A DNA stretch of 64,000 nucleotides from an uncultured Chloroflexia bacterium (lineage in GTDB: Bacteria > Chloroflexota > Limnocylindria > Limnocylindrales > CSP1-4): NCBI GenBank assembly GCA_963813535.1, contig CAWEZH010000002.1, positions 480,001-544,000 of the forward strand, read 5' to 3'. The notes beneath the pieces are model-generated. The model saw only the letters and a program-made list of their open reading frames with translations, was not told where the DNA came from and made no database searches. Below are positions 39,501 to 48,028 of this stretch, piece after piece (position 1 is the stretch's first letter; every line of letters starts with the position of its first letter). Made by a program: the position numbers and the translations under genes.

Positions 39501-39846
39501 AGTCGAGATCCAGGCGACGCCGCGCCCGGGAACGGCCGTGGCGGAGGATGATGGACTGGTGATGGTGCTCGACACCGAGTTGACCGACGCGCTCCGTGCC
39601 GAGGGCGACGCACGGGAGCTCGCGCGCGCGGTGCAGGACCTGCGCCGCGAGGCCGGCCTGGAGCTCGACGACCGCATCGAGCTGTGGGTCCAGGGCGCCC
39701 CAGCGGCGGTGGCCGCGCACCTTCCAGGGGTCGCCGAGGACACGCTCGCGGAGCTGCGCGAGGGCGACATCCCTGTCGATGCCCAGCGGGCGACGGTCGA
39801 ACTCGACGGCGGTCCGGCGACGATCGCGCTCCGGAGGCTCGTTTGA
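36505..39846 (+). CDS. ileS: Isoleucine--tRNA ligase, type 2
   Basis: DGPITAN..GVHH, WTTTPWT, GTGIVHIAP, DWMISKKRYWG, PMHKS, C-terminal EGDARELARAVQDLRR; ATG 36505 after GGAG. Confidence 0.96.
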   Translation: MFRPVTSKPDLVAQEHELLETWRDRRTFARLRAQNAGGPRWSFLDGPITANNPMGVHHAWGRAYKDLYQRFHAMLGEDQRYQNGFDCQGLWVEVNVERDLGFTSKRDIEAFGIDRFVTLCKQRVLTYAARQTEQSIRLGMWMDWNDPDELRRLNDLLGSDPSSITTIQGAEGPVTDTVEMLVGRLGMPETGGSYFTFSNENNDLIWGFLAECHRRGWLYKGHDTMPWCARCGTGLSQMEMNEGYQDREDPGLTIRLPLVDRPGEALLVWTTTPWTLTSNVAAAVGPNLRYVRVRQGDETFWLGKGTLKTALEGAFEVVDELPGSDLVGWRYEGPFDDLPAVQDAFQPSGYEHRVVPWDEVGEDEGTGIVHIAPGCGAEDFQLGKALGLPVIAPIDESGIFVDGFGQLSTRDVRDVTEPIVDHLRRTDRFYRLEPYTHRYPHCWRCGTPLVFRLVDEWFISMGPVYDQPRDTLTADQLDGSLRYQIMEVVDRIRWIPDFGYERELDWLRNMHDWMISKKRYWGLALPIYDCGACGTVEVIGGREELRERAVEGWEAFDGHTPHRPWVDEVRIACPKCGAPVERIKDVGNPWLDAGIVPFSTLHHREDPDYWAQWFPADFITESFPGQFRNWFYSMLAMSTVLRREEPFKTIFGYALVFGEDGRPMHKSWGNAIDFDEAAERMGVDVMRWMFAKARPEENILFGWHAADEARRELLVLWNVYAFLVTYARLAGWAPAEDQATPSAEPSPRSTSSQGPILDRWILSRAAWLADEVGARLADYDALGASRAISTFIDDISTWYLRRSRDRMRPGAEPRARDTAFATLHAALVSLSRTLAPILPFLSETMYQNLVVSVAPSRPDSVHLTRWPAPEIAAHRDVEIERAMATARSAVELARTLRGASRLKTRQPLARAWLAVPGGDGVLGAELLDTIASEINVKAVELIKDGSELVDRRVKVLLPKVGKRLGPAIPAVMAAARAGDVTFRDDGSVTIAGETLAPEEVEIQATPRPGTAVAEDDGLVMVLDTELTDALRAEGDARELARAVQDLRREAGLELDDRIELWVQGAPAAVAAHLPGVAEDTLAELREGDIPVDAQRATVELDGGPATIALRRLV

Positions 39847-39851
39847 GTGCG

Positions 39852-40379
39852 ATGACCGCCCAGACGGCGCGGGTCGCGACACAGGCCCGCGCCCGATGGC
39901 CGATCTTCCTGGGTCTGGCCGCGCTCGTCCTCGTCCTCGACCAGCTCACCAAAGCGTGGCTGGTCTCGTTCCTGGCGCCGGGCGAACGGGTCGAGGTGAT
40001 CGGCGACTACGTGCGGCTGATCCATTCGCAGAACAACGGCGCGCTCTTCGGGCTCTTCCGCGATCAGGCGCTGCTGTTCGCCGTCATCTCCATCGGTGTC
40101 GTCGGCGCGATCGTGTGGTTCCACCACACCTCGGGCCGGAATACGCTTCTCTCAGTGGCGCTCGGGCTGCTGCTCGGAGGCGCGCTCGGCAACATGGCCG
40201 ACCAATTCCGCATCGGCTACGTCGTCGACTTCGTGGATGTCGGTCTCGGCGATCTCCGGTTCTATACGTTCAACCTTGCCAATTCGGCGATCAGCCTCGC
40301 CATCCTGCTGTTGTTGATCAGTGCGTTCGTCACGAACCGTGACGAACGGCCACACGGCGCGGAGACGCCTGGTGGCTGA
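39852..40379 (+). CDS. lspA: Lipoprotein signal peptidase II (catalytic Asp reads as Asn)
   Basis: DQLTK, NNGALFG, GALGN, VVDF, FNLAN; located between ileS and rluA. Confidence 0.92.
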   Translation: MTAQTARVATQARARWPIFLGLAALVLVLDQLTKAWLVSFLAPGERVEVIGDYVRLIHSQNNGALFGLFRDQALLFAVISIGVVGAIVWFHHTSGRNTLLSVALGLLLGGALGNMADQFRIGYVVDFVDVGLGDLRFYTFNLANSAISLAILLLLISAFVTNRDERPHGAETPGG

Positions 40380-41331
40380 GGCCCCGATCGCCCCCGGCAT
40401 CCGGACCGTGCGGGTCCCCGACGGGATCGCCGGGCGGATCGACCGGTTCGTGGCCGACGCGACGGGCCTGTCCCGGAGCCACGTCCAGAAGCTCATCTCC
40501 GATGGACGGCTGACCGTCGATGGCATACCGGTTCGCGCGAATGCGCTTGTCGCGGCCGGGAGCGAGGTCCGGCTCGACGTCCCCGCGCCGATCGCCCTGG
40601 ATCTCGCTCCGGCGCCCGACATCCGGCTCGATGTCGTGTACGAGGACGACGACCTGCTGATCGTCGACAAGCCGGCCGGTCTGGTCGTCCATCCATCGCC
40701 AGGTCACCACGATGGCGACACGCTGGTGAATGCCCTCCTGGCGCGCGCGGGCGGCGCGGAGTACGGCGGCATCGCCGGAGTCGCGCGGCCGGGCATCGTC
40801 CACCGACTCGACCGGGACACGAGCGGGCTGCTGATGGTCGCCAAGCACGATGCCGCCCAGCATTCGCTGATGGCCCAGCTCAAAGCGCGTCGGATCCGCA
40901 AGACCTACCAGGCCCTGGTCGCCGGCAACGTGGCCGCCGCCGTCGGTCGCATCGAGGCGCCGATAGGTCGCGACCCGAAGCACCGGACGCGCATGGCGGT
41001 GGTGCCCGACGGACGCGCATCGGTCACCGGCTACCGCGTGCGTGAGCGGTTCGCGGGCTGGACGCTGCTGGAGCTTGACCTCGTCACCGGGCGGACGCAC
41101 CAGATCCGGGTCCACCTGGACGGCATCGGCCATCCGGTCGCCGGGGACCCGCTGTACGGGACCGGCACCTCCCGCCGCGGGCCGGATGGTCTCGAGCGGC
41201 TGTTCCTCCACGCCTGGCGGCTGGAGCTCGCGGCGCCGGGTGACGGCCACCTCATCCGAGCGACGGCGCCACTCCCAGATGCGCTCGAGTCGGTGCTCGA
41301 TGGGCTGCGCAGGGCCGAGACGGGCCGATGA
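40372..41331 (+). CDS. rluD: RluA/RluD-family pseudouridine synthase
   Basis: S4 domain, KPAGLVVHP, HRLDRDTSG, TGRTHQIRVH, LHA. Confidence 0.9.
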   Translation: MAEAPIAPGIRTVRVPDGIAGRIDRFVADATGLSRSHVQKLISDGRLTVDGIPVRANALVAAGSEVRLDVPAPIALDLAPAPDIRLDVVYEDDDLLIVDKPAGLVVHPSPGHHDGDTLVNALLARAGGAEYGGIAGVARPGIVHRLDRDTSGLLMVAKHDAAQHSLMAQLKARRIRKTYQALVAGNVAAAVGRIEAPIGRDPKHRTRMAVVPDGRASVTGYRVRERFAGWTLLELDLVTGRTHQIRVHLDGIGHPVAGDPLYGTGTSRRGPDGLERLFLHAWRLELAAPGDGHLIRATAPLPDALESVLDGLRRAETGR

Positions 41332-42035
41332 CGCATCGCAGCGGCCGAGATCCGGAGCCGTCGGTGGTGGAGCCGCCGGACGTCACGCACGACCCGGGCC
41401 GACCGGACTTCGTCATCGAGGGTGCACCGGGGGCGATGCTCGTGATCATCTCGGGGCCGTCCGGTGTGGGCAAGGACACGATCATCGATGAGCTGCGCCG
41501 GCGGGAACTCGAGTCGGGACGCCAGGGCGAGCGCCATTACGTCGTGACCGTCACGACCCGAGCGCCGCGCGATGGTGAGATCGACAGGATCGACTACCAC
41601 TTCGTCGACCGCGACACCTTCATCCGGATGTGGCGTGCGCGCGGCTTCCTCGAGGCGAACGAGGTCCACGGCAACTACTACGGATCGCCGCGCGACCAGG
41701 TGCGCGAGGCGCTGCTGGCCGGCAAGGACGTGATCCTCAAGATCGACGTCCAGGGCGCCCAGATCGTAAAGGAGCAGGTGTCCGAGGCCCTGCTGATCTT
41801 CATCATCCCGCCCTCGCTCGAGACGCTGTTCGACCGACTGCGCGCACGCGCGACGGAGACCGCCGACGAGCTCGAGGTGCGCCAGCGCGACGCGGCGGTC
41901 GAGATCGCGCGGCAGGACGACTACGACCACGTCGTGGTGAACGAGACCGGCCAGGTCGAGCGCACCGCCGATCGGATCGAGGCGATCATCGCCGCGGAAC
42001 GCGCGGCGCACGCGGGCCGGCGGGTCCGCGTCTAG
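41328..42035 (+). CDS. gmk: Guanylate kinase
   Basis: SGPSGVGK, TTRAPR, DYHFV, YYGS, IDVQGA. Confidence 0.96.
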   Translation: MTHRSGRDPEPSVVEPPDVTHDPGRPDFVIEGAPGAMLVIISGPSGVGKDTIIDELRRRELESGRQGERHYVVTVTTRAPRDGEIDRIDYHFVDRDTFIRMWRARGFLEANEVHGNYYGSPRDQVREALLAGKDVILKIDVQGAQIVKEQVSEALLIFIIPPSLETLFDRLRARATETADELEVRQRDAAVEIARQDDYDHVVVNETGQVERTADRIEAIIAAERAAHAGRRVRV

Positions 42036-42041
42036 ACCGGC

Positions 42042-44543
42042 GTGACCCTCGGGCTCGAGCCCGAGCGCGAGGCGCCCGGTGCCTCCGCGCGGGATCCCGA
42101 CGCCGGGGAGCGGTACGTCGAGGTCGCGATCGACGCTGCCGGCGCCGGCGGTAACCGCCCGTACACCTACGTCGTCCCGCCTCGCCTCGCGGACCTGCAG
42201 GATGGCGAGGCGGTCCTGGTCGAGTTCGGGCGGCGGCAGGCTCTCGGCGTCATCCTCGGCGCGGCCGAGGGTCGTCCCGCGGCCGGTACCGACATCAAGC
42301 CGATCGTCGACCGGGTCCGCGCCGACGGGCCGCTGCTCCCGCCGCTGACGCTCGCCCTCGCGCGCTGGATCGCGGCCCACTATCTCGCGCCGCCGGCGCT
42401 GGTCATCCGGTCGATGCTACCGCCGGGCCTGCTCGAACGGCTCGAGCTCGTGGCCGAGCGGACACCACTCCCCGCCGACCATGTGGCGACGGTCGACGAC
42501 GCGGTCGACCTGGACCTGCTCGAGCAGCTCTCGACCGGTGCCCGGCCGGCGCGCGACCTTGCCGCACCGGACGGTCGCGCCGGGCTTCTCCGCCGGTTGC
42601 GTGCCCTCGCGGATGCGGGGCTGATCGCGCTCGACTGGACGCTGCTCGGGGCATCCGCCGGGCCGCGCTACGAACGCTGGCTGCGCGCAACATCGGAGGG
42701 TCGCGATGTCGCGCGCGTCCTCGCCGAAGACGGCCGGCCGAGCGGCCGCCCGCTCGGGCCACGCCAGGTCGCCGCGCTCGGTGAGCTGGCAGGAGCACCC
42801 GACGGTGCGGCCGGCCCCGAGGTAGCCGGCCGGCACGGCACGGCGGCGATCGCCGGGCTCGTCCGACGTGGTCTGGTCGAGACCGAGACACGGGAACGAC
42901 CGCGCCGACCGCTCGCGGCGCGGCGCCCGGGTCTGCGGGGTGGCCGGCCTCCCGCCGCGGACCTGTCACCCGAGCAGTCGGAGGCCGTCGGCCGGGTCGC
43001 ACACGCCATCGAGACCCGTGCGTCGCGCCCGCTCCTCCTCGATGGCGTCACCGGCGGCGGCAAGACGGCCATCTACGTCGAGGCGATCTCGGCGTCGCTC
43101 GAGGCGGGTCGACCGGCGCTGGTCCTGGTCCCCGAGATCTCGATGGCGATGCCACTCGTCGACCGGCTGCGCGCCGACCTCGATGCCCGCGTGGCCTTGG
43201 TCCACTCCGGTCTGGGTGACGGCGAGCGGGCCGACGAATGGCGACGGATCCGGGCCGGCGACGTCGACATCGTCGTGGGCACACGGTTGGCGGTCGTCGC
43301 GCCACTGGCCGATGTCGGCGTCGTGATCGTCGACGAGGAGCACGACCCGGCCTACAAGAGCGACCGCACGCCCCGGCTGCAGGCGCGCGACGCCGCGATC
43401 CGGCTCGGCGAACGTGCCGGCGCAGCGGTGGTGCTCGGGTCGGCCACGCCGGCCGTCGAAAGCCTCGGCCGCGCGTTGGACGGCCGCTACGATCGAGTGG
43501 TCCTGCCGACCCGACCGACGGGTGTGGCGCCGCACGTCGAGGTCGCCGACATGCGCGCGGAGCTGGCGGAGGGCAACCGTGGCCTCCTGTCCCGCGCGCT
43601 CGACGACGCCCTGACCGCGCTCGATACGACGAGGGGCGACCAGGCCATCCTCGTCCTCAATCGACGCGGCACCGCCTCGGTCGTCCTATGCCGGGACTGC
43701 GGTCATGTCCAGGCATGCCCCGACTGTGAGCGACCGCTCGTCTACCACCAGGCCGGCACGACGCTGCGCTGCCACCACTGTGGCCGAGCCACGCCCCTCG
43801 CGACCCGATGCCCGGAGTGTCACTCACCGAGGATCCGCTACCTCGGGGGTGGTACCGAGCGCGTGGAACGCGAGGTCCGCGAGGCACACGCGTCCCTGCG
43901 CGTCGGGCGGCTCGATCGTGACGTCGCCGACCGACGCGGCGCCGCCGAGCGCGTCATCGATGCCTTCTCGGCGGGCGAGATCGACGTCCTCGTCGGCACC
44001 AGCCTCGTCGCAAAGGGTCTCGACGTGCCGAGCGTCATCCTGGTCGGGATCGTGTCCTCCGACGTCGCGCTGAACCTGCCCGACGAACGCGCCGCCGAAC
44101 GCACATATCAGCTCCTTCGCCAGGCGGTCGGGCGAGCTGGGCGCGGTGAGAGGCCCGGCCGAGCGATCGTCCAGACCTACCAGCCCGATCACCCGGTCAT
44201 CCGAGCCGTGGTGACCGGCGAGAGCGATGACTTCTACGCCGCGGAACTGGACCTGCGACGTCGTTTCGCGTCGCCGCCCTTCGGATCCATCGTGAAGCTG
44301 ACCGTCGCACTCCCCGAGCGAGACGCCGCGGAGCGGGTGGGGGAGGAGATGGCGGAACGCCTTCGAGCACGAGCCGTGGGCACGGCGACATCCGTCGTCG
44401 GACCGGCTCCCGCCTACATCGCCCGGCGCAACGACCGCTGGCGGTACCACGTCATCATCCGTGGGGACGATCCGCTGGCCGTGCTGGGCGGCGACCCGGG
44501 CCCGCCCTGGTCGGTCGACGTCGATCCCGACTCGCTGCTCTAG
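42042..44543 (+). CDS. priA: Primosomal protein N'
   Basis: GVTGGGKT, VPEI, DEEH, GSATP, four CxxC, AGR. Confidence 0.96.
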   Translation: MTLGLEPEREAPGASARDPDAGERYVEVAIDAAGAGGNRPYTYVVPPRLADLQDGEAVLVEFGRRQALGVILGAAEGRPAAGTDIKPIVDRVRADGPLLPPLTLALARWIAAHYLAPPALVIRSMLPPGLLERLELVAERTPLPADHVATVDDAVDLDLLEQLSTGARPARDLAAPDGRAGLLRRLRALADAGLIALDWTLLGASAGPRYERWLRATSEGRDVARVLAEDGRPSGRPLGPRQVAALGELAGAPDGAAGPEVAGRHGTAAIAGLVRRGLVETETRERPRRPLAARRPGLRGGRPPAADLSPEQSEAVGRVAHAIETRASRPLLLDGVTGGGKTAIYVEAISASLEAGRPALVLVPEISMAMPLVDRLRADLDARVALVHSGLGDGERADEWRRIRAGDVDIVVGTRLAVVAPLADVGVVIVDEEHDPAYKSDRTPRLQARDAAIRLGERAGAAVVLGSATPAVESLGRALDGRYDRVVLPTRPTGVAPHVEVADMRAELAEGNRGLLSRALDDALTALDTTRGDQAILVLNRRGTASVVLCRDCGHVQACPDCERPLVYHQAGTTLRCHHCGRATPLATRCPECHSPRIRYLGGGTERVEREVREAHASLRVGRLDRDVADRRGAAERVIDAFSAGEIDVLVGTSLVAKGLDVPSVILVGIVSSDVALNLPDERAAERTYQLLRQAVGRAGRGERPGRAIVQTYQPDHPVIRAVVTGESDDFYAAELDLRRRFASPPFGSIVKLTVALPERDAAERVGEEMAERLRARAVGTATSVVGPAPAYIARRNDRWRYHVIIRGDDPLAVLGGDPGPPWSVDVDPDSLL

Positions 44544-44546
44544 GCC

Positions 44547-44795
44547 TTAGTCGACCTTCAGGCGGTACGCGACGAGGACGCCGCCGACCATCCGCTCAAG
44601 ACCCTGCAGATATTCGAGCTGGCTGGCCTCGAGCTCGACGGGGGTCAGGCCGGCGCCGATCGTGTCGGGATCGACGGTGCCCCACGAGCTCGGCGCATAG
44701 GCCATGACGACATCGGTGTCGAGCGTCCGCTCGGCCTCATGGACCAGGTCGATCGCGGCCGGCTCGAGGTCGGCGAAACTCCATTCGATAGCCAT
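44547..44795 (-). CDS. 82-aa hypothetical protein with internal duplication
   Basis: ATG 44795 with GGAGG SD; two copies of an L-x9-ER...AY motif. Confidence 0.7.
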   Translation of the reverse strand: MAIEWSFADLEPAAIDLVHEAERTLDTDVVMAYAPSSWGTVDPDTIGAGLTPVELEASQLEYLQGLERMVGGVLVAYRLKVD

Positions 44796-44910
44796 CGGCG
44801 GACCTCCGTGCGTCTCTGCACCGCCGATGATACGTCCGGGACCATCGGCGCTCGTGTGCCCGAACGGCGTTCGTGCGAGGATGCGCTCCCACGACCCGGA
44901 GGACGCACCC

Positions 44911-45354
44911 ATGACCGACCCCTTCAACCCCAGCCATGATGAACCTGCCGAAGGCCCCCGCGACGCTGACTACTCGTCCGGGTCCGGAGCGGATACGGCG
45001 AAGGACGGCGCGGGCGATGCCGCGGCGAACGCCAGCGCCAAGGCCACGGAGGTCCTCGGCCAGATCCGTGTCGCGGTCGACGACTTGGCCGTGAAGGCCG
45101 CGCCGACCGTCCGCGAGTTCTCGGCCAAGGCCGCCGACCTCGTCGCCGTTGCCGCGGACAAGGCCGCGCCGTTCGCGCACAAGGCGGGCGAGGCTACGGC
45201 GGACGCGAGCAGCAAGCTGGCCGTGAAGTCGCGGAGCTGGGCCGCCGACATCCGCGAGCAGGTCATCGCCGCAGACAAGGGCGGCGCAGCCGACGTCGGA
45301 GATGCGGCCAAGGACGCCGCGCAGGACGCCGCCAAGAACGAGCCGCCGCTCTAG
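44911..45354 (+). CDS. Ala/Asp/Lys-rich amphipathic helical hypothetical protein
   Basis: ATG 44911 with GGAGG SD; host-like codon usage; KAAP repeats 22 residues apart. Confidence 0.75.
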   Translation: MTDPFNPSHDEPAEGPRDADYSSGSGADTAKDGAGDAAANASAKATEVLGQIRVAVDDLAVKAAPTVREFSAKAADLVAVAADKAAPFAHKAGEATADASSKLAVKSRSWAADIREQVIAADKGGAADVGDAAKDAAQDAAKNEPPL

Positions 45355-45404
45355 GTCCGGACGCGGCCAGCTCGACACGCTGGTCGCCCATATACTTCGC
45401 GCCG

Positions 45405-45920
45405 ATGTCCGTACGACCGATCGTCATGCTGGGCGATCCACGGCTGCGCCTGAAGGGCAAGCCCGTGGATTCGTTCGGCAAGTACCTCCACGAGCTCCTC
45501 GACGACCTGGCCCACACGATGCGTGATGCGCCGGGTGTGGGCCTTGCCGCGCCCCAGCTGGGCGAGGCGATGATGGCGTGTGTCATCGAAGTGGAGGACC
45601 ACCTCTACGAGCTGGTCAACCCGAGGATCATCCGGGCGACCGGGGACGATCGCGATCTCGAGGGCTGCCTGTCGATCCCGGGCTACGTCGCCTACGTGAA
45701 CCGACGGGAGAAGGTCTGGGTGGTCGCCCAGGACCGGCAGGGCAAGAAGTTCAAGGTCGCGGGATCCGGGCTCCTCGGGCGGGCGCTCCAGCACGAGCTG
45801 GATCACCTCGACGGCAAGCTCTACATCGACTATCTCGACTCGATGGATGAGCTGATTCCCGTCGGCCAGGGTGACGAGGACGACGCGGAGGTCCGCGAGG
45901 CGACGAGCGCCCTGGCGTGA
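45405..45920 (+). CDS. def: Peptide deformylase
   Basis: GVGLAAPQ, EGCLS, QHELDH. Confidence 0.97.
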   Translation: MSVRPIVMLGDPRLRLKGKPVDSFGKYLHELLDDLAHTMRDAPGVGLAAPQLGEAMMACVIEVEDHLYELVNPRIIRATGDDRDLEGCLSIPGYVAYVNRREKVWVVAQDRQGKKFKVAGSGLLGRALQHELDHLDGKLYIDYLDSMDELIPVGQGDEDDAEVREATSALA

Positions 45921-46849
45921 CGGGAGGACGGGCACGCACCGTCTTCTTCGGCAGCGGCGGGTTCGGCCGCGAAACTCTGTGGCGGCTCGGCGAGCACCCG
46001 GACGTCGAGCTCGTCGGGGTCGTCACGGCCCCACCGCGACCGGCGGGCCGGGGCGGCCGTACGACCACCACGCCCATCCACGACGCTGCTCGGCACATCG
46101 AGGTCCGCCCGATCCTCACGCCAGATCGGTTGCGCGAAGCCGTTGCGATCGCGGAGATCGAGGCCCTCGCGCCGGACCTCATCGTCCTCGCCGATTACGG
46201 CCAGATCGTGCCCGCGGCGCTGCTCGACCGCCCACACGGTGCCCTCAACCTCCATCCCTCGCTCCTGCCGCGCTACCGGGGTGCGACGCCCATCCCGGCC
46301 GCCATCCTGGCCGGGGACACGGAGACTGGGGTCACCCTCATGCGCATGGACGCGGGACTCGACACCGGACCCATCGTGGCGCAGTCGCACGTCCGCCTCG
46401 TCGGCGACGAGACGACGCCGCTGCTCGAGGAGTCGCTCGAGCTGGAGGCCGCCGCCCTGATCACGAGGTACATCGGCCCATGGCTACGCGGCAAGGTCAT
46501 CGCCACGCCACAGCCCGACGAGGGCGCGACGGTGACCCGACCGTTGCACCGTGACGATGGACGCCTCGACCCGCGTCGACCGGCGATCGAGCTGGAGCGT
46601 CAGGTGCGTGCCTATCAGCCGTGGCCGGGCTCGTACGTGGAGACGCCCCTCGGTCGGCTGATCGTCTGGCGCGCCGACGTCGAGCCGAGTGGGCCACCCG
46701 TCGGGACGTTCGACAGCGAGGGATTGGGGACCGGCGACGGTGCCAGGCTGCGTCTCCGCGAGGTCCAACCGGCGGGCGGCACGCAGATGTCGTGGGATGC
46801 CTACGTCAGGGGCCGACCGGCGATCGTCGGCGGTAGCATCGTCCTGTGA
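45917..46849 (+). CDS. fmt: Methionyl-tRNA formyltransferase
   Basis: NLHPSLLPRYRGATP, GLDTG, VRAYQPWPG. Confidence 0.96.
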   Translation: MTGGRARTVFFGSGGFGRETLWRLGEHPDVELVGVVTAPPRPAGRGGRTTTTPIHDAARHIEVRPILTPDRLREAVAIAEIEALAPDLIVLADYGQIVPAALLDRPHGALNLHPSLLPRYRGATPIPAAILAGDTETGVTLMRMDAGLDTGPIVAQSHVRLVGDETTPLLEESLELEAAALITRYIGPWLRGKVIATPQPDEGATVTRPLHRDDGRLDPRRPAIELERQVRAYQPWPGSYVETPLGRLIVWRADVEPSGPPVGTFDSEGLGTGDGARLRLREVQPAGGTQMSWDAYVRGRPAIVGGSIVL

Positions 46850-48027
46850 CCACCGATCGCACGCCGGGCATCTCCGGCCTGACGCCGGACGAGCTGGCCG
46901 CGTGGGTGGCGGCGCGCGGCGAGCCCTCCTACCGGGCGCGCCAGATCGCCGACGCCGTCTGGAAGGATGGCGGTGTGACCGATCCGTCCGCCATCCGGAC
47001 GTTGCCGCCGCCGCTCCGCGACGGGCTCGCCGACGACTTCAGCTTCGACACGGTGGCCGACACGGAGATCCGCCTCGCCGACGGCGGCCAGACGGAAAAG
47101 GCGCTCCATCGGCTCGACGATGGGGCATTGATCGAGTCGGTGCTGATGCACTACCCGGCGCGCGGCGCTTCCCGCGAGCGACACACCCTGTGCATCTCGA
47201 GCCAGGCCGGTTGCGCCGTCGGTTGTCCGTTCTGCGCCACTGGCGAGCTCGGGGCCGGCCGAGACCTGGAGGTCGCCGAGATCGTCGACCAGGCCCGCCA
47301 CGCCCAGCGACGACTCACGGCCGAGGAGAGCCGGCTCACGAACGTCGTGTTCATGGGCATGGGCGAGCCGCTGCTCAACCTGGATCGGGTGTTGGGAGCC
47401 GTCGAGGCACTCAACGATGCGCGGCGGTTCGGGCTCGGCGCACGTCATATCACCGTGTCGACCTCGGGCGTCGTTCCCGGGATCCGGCGGCTCACGGCGC
47501 TCGGACCGCAGTTCACGCTCGCCATCTCGCTCCACGCTGCGCGCGACGCTTTGCGTGACGTGCTCGTGCCGTTGAACCGCCGCTGGCCCGTCGCCGAGGT
47601 GGTCGGGGCGGCCCGCGATCACGCCCGGGCGACCGGCCGGCGGATCACGTACGAGGCGACGATGATCGGCGGGGTCAACGACACCGACCTCGACGCCGGC
47701 TCGATGGCCGACCTGCTGCGCGGCGATCACGCGCACGTCAACCTGATCCCGATGAACCCCGTCGCGCATACCCCGTGGCAGGCCAGCCCGATGCCGGTCA
47801 TCGAGCGGTTCGCCGCGACCCTGCGCGAGGCGGGCATCTCGACGACGATCCGGCGCAATCGCGGCCAGGAGGTCGGTGCGGCCTGCGGTCAGCTCGCGGC
47901 GGAACGGACCGGCGAGCCAGCGGTCCCCGCCGTCGCCCGCCGGCGCGAGCGCCTGGAAGCCGAGAGTGCCGCAGCGTTGCGCGGGGAGCGCAGCCACGAG
48001 CCCGTTCCGGTCGGCGTGGGCGAATAG
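46846..48027 (+). CDS. rlmN: 23S rRNA m2A2503 methyltransferase
   Basis: CISSQAGCAVGCPFC, MGMGEP, AACGQL. Confidence 0.95.
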   Translation: MTTDRTPGISGLTPDELAAWVAARGEPSYRARQIADAVWKDGGVTDPSAIRTLPPPLRDGLADDFSFDTVADTEIRLADGGQTEKALHRLDDGALIESVLMHYPARGASRERHTLCISSQAGCAVGCPFCATGELGAGRDLEVAEIVDQARHAQRRLTAEESRLTNVVFMGMGEPLLNLDRVLGAVEALNDARRFGLGARHITVSTSGVVPGIRRLTALGPQFTLAISLHAARDALRDVLVPLNRRWPVAEVVGAARDHARATGRRITYEATMIGGVNDTDLDAGSMADLLRGDHAHVNLIPMNPVAHTPWQASPMPVIERFAATLREAGISTTIRRNRGQEVGAACGQLAAERTGEPAVPAVARRRERLEAESAAALRGERSHEPVPVGVGE

Positions 48028-48028
48028 G

